Shown in pieces: positions 17,320-26,177 of a stretch of DNA of 64,000 nt; the stretch's first letter is position 1, and every line of letters begins with the position of its first letter. The DNA is from an uncultured Gammaproteobacteria bacterium. Its GTDB lineage: Bacteria > Patescibacteriota > Patescibacteriia > Magasanikbacterales > GWA2-37-8. The translations under genes and the position numbers were made by a program. The stretch is taken from NCBI GenBank assembly GCA_964482695.1, contig CAYZYP010000001.1:4143-68142 (forward strand), in the 5' to 3' direction. The notes under the pieces were generated by a model, which searched no databases, was not told the origin of the DNA, and was given only the letters and a program-made list of their open reading frames with translations.

Positions 17320-17393
17320 TGGGCATGGATGGACTCGAACCATCGACATCCACCTTATAAGGGTGGCGCTCTAACCAACTGAGCTACATGCCC
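17320..17393 (-). tRNA. tRNA-Ile with anticodon UAU (reads AUA)
   Basis: Manual fold of reverse complement: acceptor GGGCATG/CATGCCC, D-stem GCTC/GAGC, anticodon stem CCACC/GGTGG with loop CTTATAA, T-arm GATGG-TTCGAGT-CCATC, discriminator A; no encoded CCA. Confidence 0.7.
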
Positions 17394-17473
17394 GTTAGCT
17401 GGGCATTATACCACTTTTCTTGATTTTTTCAAGGGTTGCCAAGAATTGTTAAAATTGCTAAAATACTATCATT

Positions 17474-18010
17474 ATGAATTTTGATGAAAAATCATTTTTT
17501 AAGATAAACGGATTATCTGGCAAAAACAAATTTTTTGATTATTTTAGTGTTTTTGGTGGTCGTTGGGTGTTGTTCATAATGGGCGGATTTTATGTGGTTT
17601 TGTCTTATCAAAGATTAATGTTAATTACCTTTTTTTATTACGCAATAGCCCTAGCAGGTTTTATTTTTTTTGTCTGGATTTTTAATTGTTTAATTGGAAA
17701 AATAGTGAAGCGTCAACGTCCTTATTTTACTTATTTCGGTAAAGTGAAAAGACTATATAGGCCAATGTTGGGTGAATGGAAATCATTTCCTTCTGATCAC
17801 GCTTCTTTTTCTTTAACCATTTTTTTCTTTTTATTACTGATGCGACCGGAATTGTGGTTGTTTTTTTTATTTATGACGTTGTGGATTTGTTGGGGGCGAG
17901 TTTATGGCGGAGTGCATTACCCGGCTGATATTTTGGCCGGTTGGTTAACAGCAATATTAAATATCACAGCTCTTTTGTCTTTAATTGTATTTATTATTAC
18001 TTATTTATGA
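17474..18010 (+). CDS. PAP2-family phosphatase (membrane)
   Basis: KRQRPYF, PSDHAS, GRVYGGVHYPADILAG motifs. Confidence 0.6.
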   Translation: MNFDEKSFFKINGLSGKNKFFDYFSVFGGRWVLFIMGGFYVVLSYQRLMLITFFYYAIALAGFIFFVWIFNCLIGKIVKRQRPYFTYFGKVKRLYRPMLGEWKSFPSDHASFSLTIFFFLLLMRPELWLFFLFMTLWICWGRVYGGVHYPADILAGWLTAILNITALLSLIVFIITYL

Positions 18011-18702
18011 AAGCAATAATCTTAGCCGGAGGCTTGGGAACACGTTTGCGTCCGTTAACCGATACTACCCCCAAACCACTTTTGCCAATCAAAGGTAAAC
18101 CGACTATGCAGTGGGCAATTGAAAATTTAAAAAAGCATGGTATTTTTAATATTACTTTGGCTATTAGTTTTTTTGCTGACAAAATTAAAGAATATTTTGA
18201 TAATGGTAGCCAGTTAGGTGTTAATTTGACGTATTCAATAGAGGCCGAGCCAATGGGCACAGGCGGTGCTGTTAGGCAAGCGGCCGAGCAAGTGGGGGAA
18301 AATGAGTTCGTTTTAATTTGGGGTGATAATTTAATGGATATTGATATTGGGCAGATGTTACTTCGGCACCAAAATTATAATGGTTTAATAACCATGGCTT
18401 TAACTCCGCGAGAAGACGTGGAAAATTTTGGAGTGGCTACTTTAGACGGCAATAAAATTATCGGCTTTGTGGAAAAACCAAAAAGAGAACAGGCGCCCAG
18501 TAATTTAATTAATGCTGGCGCGTTTGTCATTAATAAAAAGGCGTTGGATATTTTGCCTAATGGTTTTTCCATGATTGAAAAACAATGTTTTGAATTGTTG
18601 GCAAAACAGGGGATGGTTTATGGCTTTACGCATAGTGGACAATGGTTTCCGACAGATACTATAGAAAAATACGAAAAAGCGAATAGGAAATTTAACATTT
18701 GA
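18007..18702 (+). CDS. Sugar-1-phosphate nucleotidyltransferase (RmlA/short GlmU-N-like); start at MKAIILAGG
   Basis: MKAIILAGGLGTRLRPLTDTTPKPLLPI...GTGGAV. Confidence 0.7.
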   Translation: MKAIILAGGLGTRLRPLTDTTPKPLLPIKGKPTMQWAIENLKKHGIFNITLAISFFADKIKEYFDNGSQLGVNLTYSIEAEPMGTGGAVRQAAEQVGENEFVLIWGDNLMDIDIGQMLLRHQNYNGLITMALTPREDVENFGVATLDGNKIIGFVEKPKREQAPSNLINAGAFVINKKALDILPNGFSMIEKQCFELLAKQGMVYGFTHSGQWFPTDTIEKYEKANRKFNI

Positions 18703-18713
18703 GATAAGTTGAT

Positions 18714-19571
18714 ATGAGTAAGAAAAAAATTATAATCATTTTAATTTTAATCGCCATTCCTGTCTTTGTTTATTTTAGGCGAGAGCACAATAAACCAGCG
18801 CCGCAATTATTGCCAATCCGCGAAGAAATTGATATTACTATTATTCCCGGCTGGAATTTGCGCCAAATAGCGGCTGATTGGCAGAAAAAGGGACTGATAA
18901 AAAACGAAGATGAATTATATAAAAGAGTGGGTAAGCCGGCGTATGATTACACAGCCAATGGCCAAAAAGCGCCTATTTTAAGTTTTACCGACAATTATGG
19001 CAAAGATTTATATCCCTTGTTAGCGACTAGGCAAAAAGACGTTTCTTACGAGGGTTATTTTTTTCCAGATACTTATCGTATTTACAAAGATGCCAAACTA
19101 GAAGATATTTTAGAAAAAATTTTTACTAATTTAGAAGATAAAATAACCGTTGAGATGAGAGCGGAAATGAATAAGCAAAAACTCAATTTATTTACTGTTT
19201 TAACCATGGCCTCGTTGGTAGAAAGAGAGGCCCAGACAGAAACTGATATGAAAAAGGTGGCTGATATTTTTTGGCGGCGGTATGAAAAGGACTGGGCGCT
19301 CCAATCCTGCGCCTCGGTAAATTATGTGACTGGTAAAAGTACGCCTGCTATTTCGGCCGAAGATCAGAAAATAGATTCGCTGTATAATACTTATAAATAT
19401 CCTGGGTTGCCTTTGGGGCCGGTTGGCAATCCTAGTTTAACTGCTATAAAGGCCGTGCTTTATCCAGAAAAAAATAGTTATTGGTATTTTATGTCTGGGA
19501 CTGATGGGAAAATAAGATACGCGACAACGTTAGACGAACATAACGCGAATGTTTGGCAATATTTGCGATAA
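18714..19571 (+). CDS. mltG: Endolytic murein transglycosylase MltG (YceG-like)
   Basis: N-terminal TM anchor, LVEREAQTETD and C-terminal YceG-like segment. Confidence 0.65.
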   Translation: MSKKKIIIILILIAIPVFVYFRREHNKPAPQLLPIREEIDITIIPGWNLRQIAADWQKKGLIKNEDELYKRVGKPAYDYTANGQKAPILSFTDNYGKDLYPLLATRQKDVSYEGYFFPDTYRIYKDAKLEDILEKIFTNLEDKITVEMRAEMNKQKLNLFTVLTMASLVEREAQTETDMKKVADIFWRRYEKDWALQSCASVNYVTGKSTPAISAEDQKIDSLYNTYKYPGLPLGPVGNPSLTAIKAVLYPEKNSYWYFMSGTDGKIRYATTLDEHNANVWQYLR

Positions 19572-19590
19572 AAAAGATGTTTAATATTAT

Positions 19591-20859
19591 ATGTTAACCT
19601 TGGAATTTGATTACAATTTGCCAAAAGAATTAATTGCCCAAACACCAGCTAGCCCGCGTGATTCTTCGCGTTTGATGGTGGTTGATAGGAATAATCACGA
19701 TATTCAGCATAAACAGTTTAAGGATATTATTCAATATTTATCCAAAGGTGATCTGTTAGTTTGGAATAACACCAAAGTTTTTAAGGCGCGATTACAAGGT
19801 CGGGTTTTATTGGACGAGGAGACGGACAATATTTCTGACAGGCGAGAAAAAAAACTGGGTTTAACGGACAGGATTTTAAACATGCCGGCAATGGAGATTT
19901 TTTTGGTTCGGCCGATGGAAAATTTTGGCGTTTGGAAAGTGTTGGCTAAACCTGGTAGAAAATTACGCTTGGGGATGAAAATAGTTTTTGCCGAGGATTT
20001 TATTTGCGAAGTGATGATTAAAGAAAGCGACGGGACCATTTTGGTTCAATTCAGCGAAGACGACATGAGCGTACGGGCCAAGGCGAATAAGTATGGAAGT
20101 GTGCCTGTGCCGCCATACATTGAATTTGATAGTCGCTCTGTCATCCCGAGGAGGAGGAACGACGACGAGGGATCTCTGTCTGGACAATTGAGACAGAGAT
20201 CCCTCACTTCGTTCGGGATGACAAAAGAGTTGGCAGAACAATATCAAACCGTCTATGCTAAACACGAGGGTTCGGTGGCGGCACCTACCGCTGGCTTTCA
20301 TTTTACACCAGAATTGATAGAACAGTTAAAACAAAAAGGCGTTGAATTCGCCGAAGTAACTTTGCATGTTGGTTTGGGAACTTTTTTACCGGTTAAGACT
20401 GAAAAAGTGGAGGATCATAAAATGCATAGTGAGTGGATAGAATTAACAGCCGCTAACGCGGATAAAATAAATACAGCCAAAGCAGAAGGCAGGCGGGTTA
20501 TAGCAGTTGGTACTACAACAGTGAGGACATTGGAGGGCGTGAATTTATTTTGTCATCCCCGCGAAAGCGGGGATCCAGCCCAAAAGTTACAGACACTGGA
20601 TTCCCGCCTGCGCGGGGATGACAGTCGCGTTTATTACTTAAAACCATATACCGGCGACATTAACATTTTTATTACTCCCGGCTTCAAATTCCAGATTATA
20701 GACGCGCTAGTAACTAATTTTCACTTGCCAAAATCAACTTTAATTATGCTGGTTAGCGCGTTTGTTGGCGACACCAATTTTGTCTCGGATTGTTATCAAA
20801 AAGCGGTAGAAGCTAAATATCGCTTTTATAGTTTTGGAGATGCGATGTTGATTAAATAA
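19591..20859 (+). CDS. queA: S-adenosylmethionine:tRNA ribosyltransferase-isomerase (QueA) carrying two in-frame palindromic insertions
   Basis: MLTLEFDYNLPKELIAQTPASPRDSSRLMVV...; 422 aa vs ~340 typical. Confidence 0.85.
   Translation: MLTLEFDYNLPKELIAQTPASPRDSSRLMVVDRNNHDIQHKQFKDIIQYLSKGDLLVWNNTKVFKARLQGRVLLDEETDNISDRREKKLGLTDRILNMPAMEIFLVRPMENFGVWKVLAKPGRKLRLGMKIVFAEDFICEVMIKESDGTILVQFSEDDMSVRAKANKYGSVPVPPYIEFDSRSVIPRRRNDDEGSLSGQLRQRSLTSFGMTKELAEQYQTVYAKHEGSVAAPTAGFHFTPELIEQLKQKGVEFAEVTLHVGLGTFLPVKTEKVEDHKMHSEWIELTAANADKINTAKAEGRRVIAVGTTTVRTLEGVNLFCHPRESGDPAQKLQTLDSRLRGDDSRVYYLKPYTGDINIFITPGFKFQIIDALVTNFHLPKSTLIMLVSAFVGDTNFVSDCYQKAVEAKYRFYSFGDAMLIK
20139..20223. repeat. In-frame palindromic element 1 inside queA (outer tgtcatcccga/tcgggatgaca, inner gagggatctctgtct/agacagagatccctc)
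   Basis: Nested inverted repeats read directly; GC-rich vs flanking; translated as SVIPRRRNDDEGSLSGQLRQRSLTSFGMT. Confidence 0.7.
20551..20623. repeat. In-frame palindromic element 2 inside queA (perfect 13-bp termini tgtcatccccgcg / cgcggggatgaca)
   Basis: Termini are exact reverse complements; same terminal motif as element 1; translated LFCHPRESGDPAQKLQTLDSRLRGDD. Confidence 0.7.
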
Positions 20860-20861
20860 TT

Positions 20862-21566
20862 ATGTTGGATAAACTAAGGTTAGACTTGCAAAAAATAGCT
20901 GACCCGATAAAAGCGAAAAATTACGCGCGGTTTTTTAAAACTGGAAAAGGGGAGTATGGCGAAGGCGATAATTTTTTGGGTGTAGTTGTTCCAAACCAAA
21001 GACAAATTGCGGTTAAGTATAAAGATTTAAGTTTGGTTGATTTACAGAAATTATTGTCATCAAATATTCACGAATACCGGTTAACCGCTTTGTTTATTTT
21101 GGTTTCACAATATAAACAATTTAAAAAAGACAAGGAAAAGCGCGGAGTTATTATAAAATTTTATTTAAAAAATACAAAAAATATTAACAACTGGGATTTG
21201 GTAGATTCTTCGGCTCATTATATATTAGGTGATTATTTGCTTGATAAAAAAGACAGAAGTATTTTGTATAAATTAGCTAAATCAAAAAATTTATGGGAAA
21301 GGCGAATCGCTATTATTTCCACATTTGCTTTTATTAGAGCCAGGCAATTTGATAATACTATAAAAATTTCCGAAATTTTATTAAAAGACAAACATGATTT
21401 AATTCACAAAGCGGTCGGTTGGATGTTGCGTGAAGTAGGGAAGAGAAATAAAAAGGTTGAAGAAGGATTTTTACAAAAATATTACAGGCAAATGTCGCGA
21501 ACAATGTTGCGCTACGCGATAGAAAAGCTTCCAGAGAATGAAAGAAAAAGGTATTTAGATAAATGA
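20862..21566 (+). CDS. DNA alkylation repair protein (AlkD/AlkC-like HEAT-repeat glycosylase family)
   Basis: Overall similarity to the DNA_alkylation family (NYARFFKTGKGEYGEGDNFLGV..., WDLVDSSA, HKAVGWMLRE). Confidence 0.55.
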   Translation: MLDKLRLDLQKIADPIKAKNYARFFKTGKGEYGEGDNFLGVVVPNQRQIAVKYKDLSLVDLQKLLSSNIHEYRLTALFILVSQYKQFKKDKEKRGVIIKFYLKNTKNINNWDLVDSSAHYILGDYLLDKKDRSILYKLAKSKNLWERRIAIISTFAFIRARQFDNTIKISEILLKDKHDLIHKAVGWMLREVGKRNKKVEEGFLQKYYRQMSRTMLRYAIEKLPENERKRYLDK

Positions 21567-21584
21567 ATATTCAAAAATCCGAGT

Positions 21585-22268
21585 TTATAACTCGGATTTT
21601 AATTTAAGTGGATTGAAGTTAGTATTTACATCGTAGAAATCTTCATTTTCTTTTTTCTTGAGCCAACTAACCACACGATAAGTAACTGGCAGTAAAATAA
21701 TCTCGGTGCCGATTTTGAAGATATAGTTAGAAATCCAGATAATCCAAATTAAATTCCATGGCACAACACCGGCAAAAGCTATTAGTAAGAAAATAGTAGT
21801 GTCAAATAGCTGGCCAAATACAGTAGAGCCAATGGTTCGAAGCCAAAGCATTTTACCTTTGGTTTTTATTTTTAATTTAGCTAAGATGTAGCTGTTTATA
21901 AATTCTCCGCATAAGTAAGCGGCAAAACTACCCAAGACGATTCTGGGCACTACCCCCAATAGGGATCCAAAAGCGTTAGATTGGGCGATAGCAAATTCAT
22001 CCGCGGCTGATGGCAAAGTAGAGACAAGCCAAAAAACAATTATCATCAGTAAATTCATGGCAAAACCAGCCCAGATAACCCGTCTGGCACGGCCGTAGCC
22101 ATAAACTTCTGTTAGGATGTCGCCAAAAATATAGGCTAGCGGGAATATTATTGTACCACCATCAAAACTAAACCAGCCCAAAGACAATATTTTGGTGCTG
22201 GTAATATTAGAAAGAAGAAGCACGGTGACAAAAAAAGCAGTAATGAAATCCAAATATTTGTATTTCAT
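21585..22268 (-). CDS. yhhQ: Queuosine precursor transporter (YhhQ/Vut_1 family)
   Basis: FDGGTIIFPLAYIFGDILTEVYGY hallmark segment, 6 TM. Confidence 0.7.
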   Translation of the reverse strand: MKYKYLDFITAFFVTVLLLSNITSTKILSLGWFSFDGGTIIFPLAYIFGDILTEVYGYGRARRVIWAGFAMNLLMIIVFWLVSTLPSAADEFAIAQSNAFGSLLGVVPRIVLGSFAAYLCGEFINSYILAKLKIKTKGKMLWLRTIGSTVFGQLFDTTIFLLIAFAGVVPWNLIWIIWISNYIFKIGTEIILLPVTYRVVSWLKKKENEDFYDVNTNFNPLKLKSEL

Positions 22269-22302
22269 ATAGAAATTTTATTGCCTTAATGTCACCTGAG
22301 GC

Positions 22303-22335
22303 GTATTATTTAAAGTAGGGAACGGTTTTAAACCG
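22303..22335 (-). terminator. Hairpin tagggaacggtttaaaaccgttcccta downstream of rplK (minus strand)
   Basis: Perfect 11-bp stem between rplK stop and yhhQ start. Confidence 0.4.
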
Positions 22336-22349
22336 TTCCCTATAAATTT

Positions 22350-22772
22350 TTATTCAACTACGACTCCCATTTGCCTGGCCGTACCCTCTACCATCCTCAT
22401 GGCCGCTTCAACATCATTAGCGTTTAAGTCTGGCATTTTCTTTTCAGCTATTTCGCGTACCTGAGCTTTGGTAATTTTGCCAACCTTTTCTTGCAAAGGC
22501 TTGGCCGACCCCTTGGTAATGCCGGCCGCTTTTTTAATTAATTCCGGTACCGGTGGGGTTTTCATGATAAAGGTGAAACTCCGATCATCGTAAACAGTAA
22601 TAATTACTGGCACTACTTCACCTTTTTTATCTTTGGTTTTGTCGTTGAATTCTTTACAAAAACCTTGGATATTGACACCATGCTGGCCCAAAGCCGGGCC
22701 AATAGGTGGCGCTGGGTTAGCCGCTCCACCAGGAATTTGTAATTTTATTTGTGTTAAGATTTTTTTAGCCAT
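22350..22772 (-). CDS. rplK: 50S ribosomal protein L11
   Basis: [35 protein letters not shown]. Confidence 0.9.
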   Translation of the reverse strand: MAKKILTQIKLQIPGGAANPAPPIGPALGQHGVNIQGFCKEFNDKTKDKKGEVVPVIITVYDDRSFTFIMKTPPVPELIKKAAGITKGSAKPLQEKVGKITKAQVREIAEKKMPDLNANDVEAAMRMVEGTARQMGVVVE

Positions 22773-22848
22773 ATGTTTAATTTTATTTTAAAGTTAGGAT
22801 TGAGAAGCCTCTTAGTAGAGCAATCCTGTTTTTGATTAACTTCACGCG

Positions 22849-23394
22849 TCACAATTTTTTTACTTGCATCGCGTCCAATTCTGCTGGCGTTTCACGACCA
22901 AACATCGTAATAAGTACCTTTACCTTACCTCTTTCCTCGTCAACCTCACTAATTTTACCTTCAAAGTTTTTAAATGGGCCATCAGTAATGCGCACAGGTT
23001 GGCCAACTTCCAAATCAAGTTTATGTTGCGGATCTTCGGCCTGCATTCTTTTTAGTAAAACATCTACCTCTTTTTGATCAATAGGGGTCGGTGTTGTGCC
23101 AGAGCCAACAAAACCGGTTACGTTTGGCGTGTTACGCACCACATACCAAGAATCATCGGTAACTGTCATTTCTACCAACACATAACCAGGAAATATTTTT
23201 TCTTCTATTGTAGAACGTTTGCCATTTTTAATTTTTATCTTTTTTTCTTTTGGCACTAAAACATTAAAAATTTTATCTTGCATGTCAAAAGATTCAACGC
23301 GTTGCGCCAAATTGCTTTTAACGTTTTCTTCATAGCCGCTATAGGTGTGCAGTACATACCAGCGACGACCTAAATTGAGAGTTTGTTTAGCCAT
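22849..23394 (-). CDS. nusG: Transcription antiterminator NusG
   Basis: WYVLHTYSGYEENVKSNL NGN domain, KOW C-terminus. Confidence 0.9.
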   Translation of the reverse strand: MAKQTLNLGRRWYVLHTYSGYEENVKSNLAQRVESFDMQDKIFNVLVPKEKKIKIKNGKRSTIEEKIFPGYVLVEMTVTDDSWYVVRNTPNVTGFVGSGTTPTPIDQKEVDVLLKRMQAEDPQHKLDLEVGQPVRITDGPFKNFEGKISEVDEERGKVKVLITMFGRETPAELDAMQVKKL

Positions 23395-23446
23395 AGTATA
23401 AAAAAACTAAATTCTATTTTTGGTTTTATTATCTAGAATTTAGAGC

Positions 23447-23638
23447 TTATTTAATAATTGATTCTATTCCAAGATTAAAAATATAATCTAAAATACTAAA
23501 AAATAGCGCGACTCCAACACTCAAAGCAATTACCAAAATACTATAATTAATAGTTTGCTTTTTGGTTGGCCAGGTTACTTTTTTTAGTTCAAGGTAAGAA
23601 CCAATAAAGTAATTTTTAATAGAATTTATAACTGCCAT
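23447..23638 (-). CDS. secE: Preprotein translocase subunit SecE
   Basis: 63 aa, ELKKVTWPTKKQ + single TM; positioned before nusG. Confidence 0.8.
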   Translation of the reverse strand: MAVINSIKNYFIGSYLELKKVTWPTKKQTINYSILVIALSVGVALFFSILDYIFNLGIESIIK

Positions 23639-23790
23639 ATTTTTTGTTTTTTAAAACAGCCTTTTCGGCTGTATTTCAAAAATAATTATAGCCTAAAGGG
23701 TGCTATTTTGTCAAATGGGTTATACACAGAACCACTAATCTATTTTATTAGTTTTGTTGATTAGTGTAAATTCGTGAAAAAATTTGTGGT

Positions 23791-26040
23791 TCAGATATCC
23801 AAATTTTGTACTTGCTTGGCGTGTGTTTGAATGAATTTTTTGCGCGGTTCAACCTCGTCTCCCATAAGCACCTCAAAGATATTATTGGCTTCTTCGATGT
23901 CTTCCGCGGTGACTTTTTTCATCATACGATTTTCCGGATTCATAGTTGTTGTCCATAACTGGTCTGGATCCATTTCACCCAAACCTTTGTAACGTTGGAT
24001 GTTAATTTTGACCCCGCTAATTTTCATAATTTGATTTTCGTCGCTATTTTCTATTATTTCTTCATCGTCTTCTTTTTCGGCAACATCTTCTTTTTCTTTT
24101 GTCTCTTTAGGATTATTTTTTGTTGTTTTAGTATTTTTTGCCAAATCAGCTAAATGTTTTTCTTTTTCTTCGTCATTATAAACATAATGAGTTTCTTTGC
24201 CAAATTTAATACCATACAAAGGTGGCTGGGCAATATAAATATGGCCATTAGTTATTAAATCCGGAAAATGACGGAAGAAAAAGGTTAGTAGTAGAGTGCG
24301 GATATGAGCACCATCAACATCAGCATCTGTCATAATAACTATGTGATGATAGCGTAGCTTAGAGATATCAAATTGTTCGCCAATATTAGTGCCCAAGGCG
24401 ATAATCAAAGATTTAAGTTCGTTGTTAGTAAGAATTTTATCCAAACGAGCGCGTTCCACGTTTAATACTTTGCCGCGCAAAGGCAAGATTGCTTGGAATT
24501 CTCGATTGCGTCCTTGTTTGGCACTACCCCCAGCCGAATCACCCTCGACGATAAATAATTCTGTTTCTTCGGCGTTGCGGCTGCTGCAGTCGGCTAATTT
24601 ACCCGGTAAAGTAAAACCTTCTAAGGCACCTTTGCGCAATATGGTGTCGCGGGCTATTTTGGCCGCGTGTCGAGCTCTGGCCGAAAGCAAACATTTACCA
24701 ATTATATTTTCGGCGTCTTTTGGGTTTTCTTCTAAAAAAATCAGCATGGCTTCACTCATAACTGTGTCAACAGCAGATTTAACCTCCATATTGCCAAGCT
24801 TGGCTTTGGTTTGGCCTTCAAATTGTGGCTCCGGCACTTTGATTGAAATGATAGCGTTTAAGCCTTCGCGTACGTCCTCGCCAGTTAAATTATCATCTTT
24901 TTCTTTAAGGACATTTTTGTTGCGTGCATAGGTGTTTAAACTGCGAGTTAGAGCTGTACGAAAACCTGCCATGTGTGTACCACCTTCGGGATTAAATATA
25001 TTATTGGTAAAAGCAAAAACAGATTCGGTAAATTCATCGGTATATTGCAAAGCAATTTCAATTTTCATTTTTTCGTATTCTTTTTCTATATAGAAAACCA
25101 AATCGTTTTTTACCGTTTTATTTTGATTAAGGTGCCGGACATAAGAAGCAATGCCGCCTTCAAAATAAAATTGATAAGTTGTGTTGGGGAAGGGGATGGC
25201 GGTTTGATCTAAATTTTTTTCTTCTGTGTTACGACGATCGTTGATAATAATTCGTACGCCTTTGTTAAGGTATGCTTGTTGTCGGATATGGTCAACAATT
25301 GTTTTCCATTCAAAATTTAAGGAATCAAAAATAGTGTTGTCTGGTTTGAAAGTTATGATTGTGCCGGTATCTTTGCAGGCGCCGATTGGACGCACCTTTT
25401 TTATTGGTTCACCGCCATTTTTGTACTCTTGCATCCAAGCTTTACCTTCGCGATGGACTTCGGCTTTGCAATAAGAAGAAAGAGCGTTGACCACTGATAC
25501 ACCAACACCGTGTAAACCACCGGATACTTTATAGCCGCCATCGCCAAATTTACCGCCGGCGTGCAGTTTGGTTAAGACCACTTCTAGAGCGCTGATTTTT
25601 TCTACTGGGTGGATATCAACTGGAATGCCACGGCCATTATCTTTTACTTCTACCGAATGATCTGGTAGTAGTGTCATGGTAATTTCCGTGCAATAACCAG
25701 CCATGGCTTCGTCTATAGAGTTATCAATAACCTCCCAAACTAAATGATGCAAGCCCGAAGGTCCGGTAGAGCCAATATACATGCCTGGCCGGCGTCTAAC
25801 AGCCTCTAAACCTTCTAAAACAGTAATATTTTTAGCGCTATAGCCTTCGGATTTGGGTTTTTTGATTTTGGTTGTTTTTTGGTTTGTGGTTGCTGGCAGA
25901 GCAACTTCGGTTTTTTTGACAGCTACAGCAATTGGTTCTAGGGGTTTAATTTTTGCAATCTCATTTTTTTGATTAGAGGGTGGTTTTTTAATATTTGATT
26001 TTAGTTCAATTCTTCCTTTTTGTATTCGTTTTAATGGCAT
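23791..26040 (-). CDS. gyrB: DNA gyrase subunit B (type IIA topoisomerase ATPase subunit) with N-terminal basic extension and acidic C-terminal insertion
   Basis: GLHHLVWEVIDNSIDE, GGTH, EGDSAGGSAKQGR, QPPLYG, TOPRIM motifs. Confidence 0.85.
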   Translation of the reverse strand: MPLKRIQKGRIELKSNIKKPPSNQKNEIAKIKPLEPIAVAVKKTEVALPATTNQKTTKIKKPKSEGYSAKNITVLEGLEAVRRRPGMYIGSTGPSGLHHLVWEVIDNSIDEAMAGYCTEITMTLLPDHSVEVKDNGRGIPVDIHPVEKISALEVVLTKLHAGGKFGDGGYKVSGGLHGVGVSVVNALSSYCKAEVHREGKAWMQEYKNGGEPIKKVRPIGACKDTGTIITFKPDNTIFDSLNFEWKTIVDHIRQQAYLNKGVRIIINDRRNTEEKNLDQTAIPFPNTTYQFYFEGGIASYVRHLNQNKTVKNDLVFYIEKEYEKMKIEIALQYTDEFTESVFAFTNNIFNPEGGTHMAGFRTALTRSLNTYARNKNVLKEKDDNLTGEDVREGLNAIISIKVPEPQFEGQTKAKLGNMEVKSAVDTVMSEAMLIFLEENPKDAENIIGKCLLSARARHAAKIARDTILRKGALEGFTLPGKLADCSSRNAEETELFIVEGDSAGGSAKQGRNREFQAILPLRGKVLNVERARLDKILTNNELKSLIIALGTNIGEQFDISKLRYHHIVIMTDADVDGAHIRTLLLTFFFRHFPDLITNGHIYIAQPPLYGIKFGKETHYVYNDEEKEKHLADLAKNTKTTKNNPKETKEKEDVAEKEDDEEIIENSDENQIMKISGVKINIQRYKGLGEMDPDQLWTTTMNPENRMMKKVTAEDIEEANNIFEVLMGDEVEPRKKFIQTHAKQVQNLDI

Positions 26041-26177
26041 ATTATATTAGTGTTATTAGCGCCTAATTAGTATTATTAGCACTAACATTTTAGCATGTTT
26101 TGGATAAAGCGGCAAGAGGGCTAGCTAGGCTTTTAGTTTGTTTTCTGTTATAATAATTTTATTAAGTTAAATTTTTT

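Noticed and set aside
17313-17349. Longer start for the rluD-like gene (MSMVRVHPCPLY...) overlapping the tRNA
   Set aside because: It would overlap tRNA-Ile. The internal Met (MTSLTTTF) gives a non-overlapping gene.
26041-26177. Repeated ttattagc / tattagc motifs upstream of gyrB as possible DnaA boxes/oriC at a strand-switch
   Set aside because: The motifs do not match the TTATCCACA consensus. The region is only 137 bp and no dnaA/dnaN is nearby. Judged to be ordinary divergent promoter DNA.
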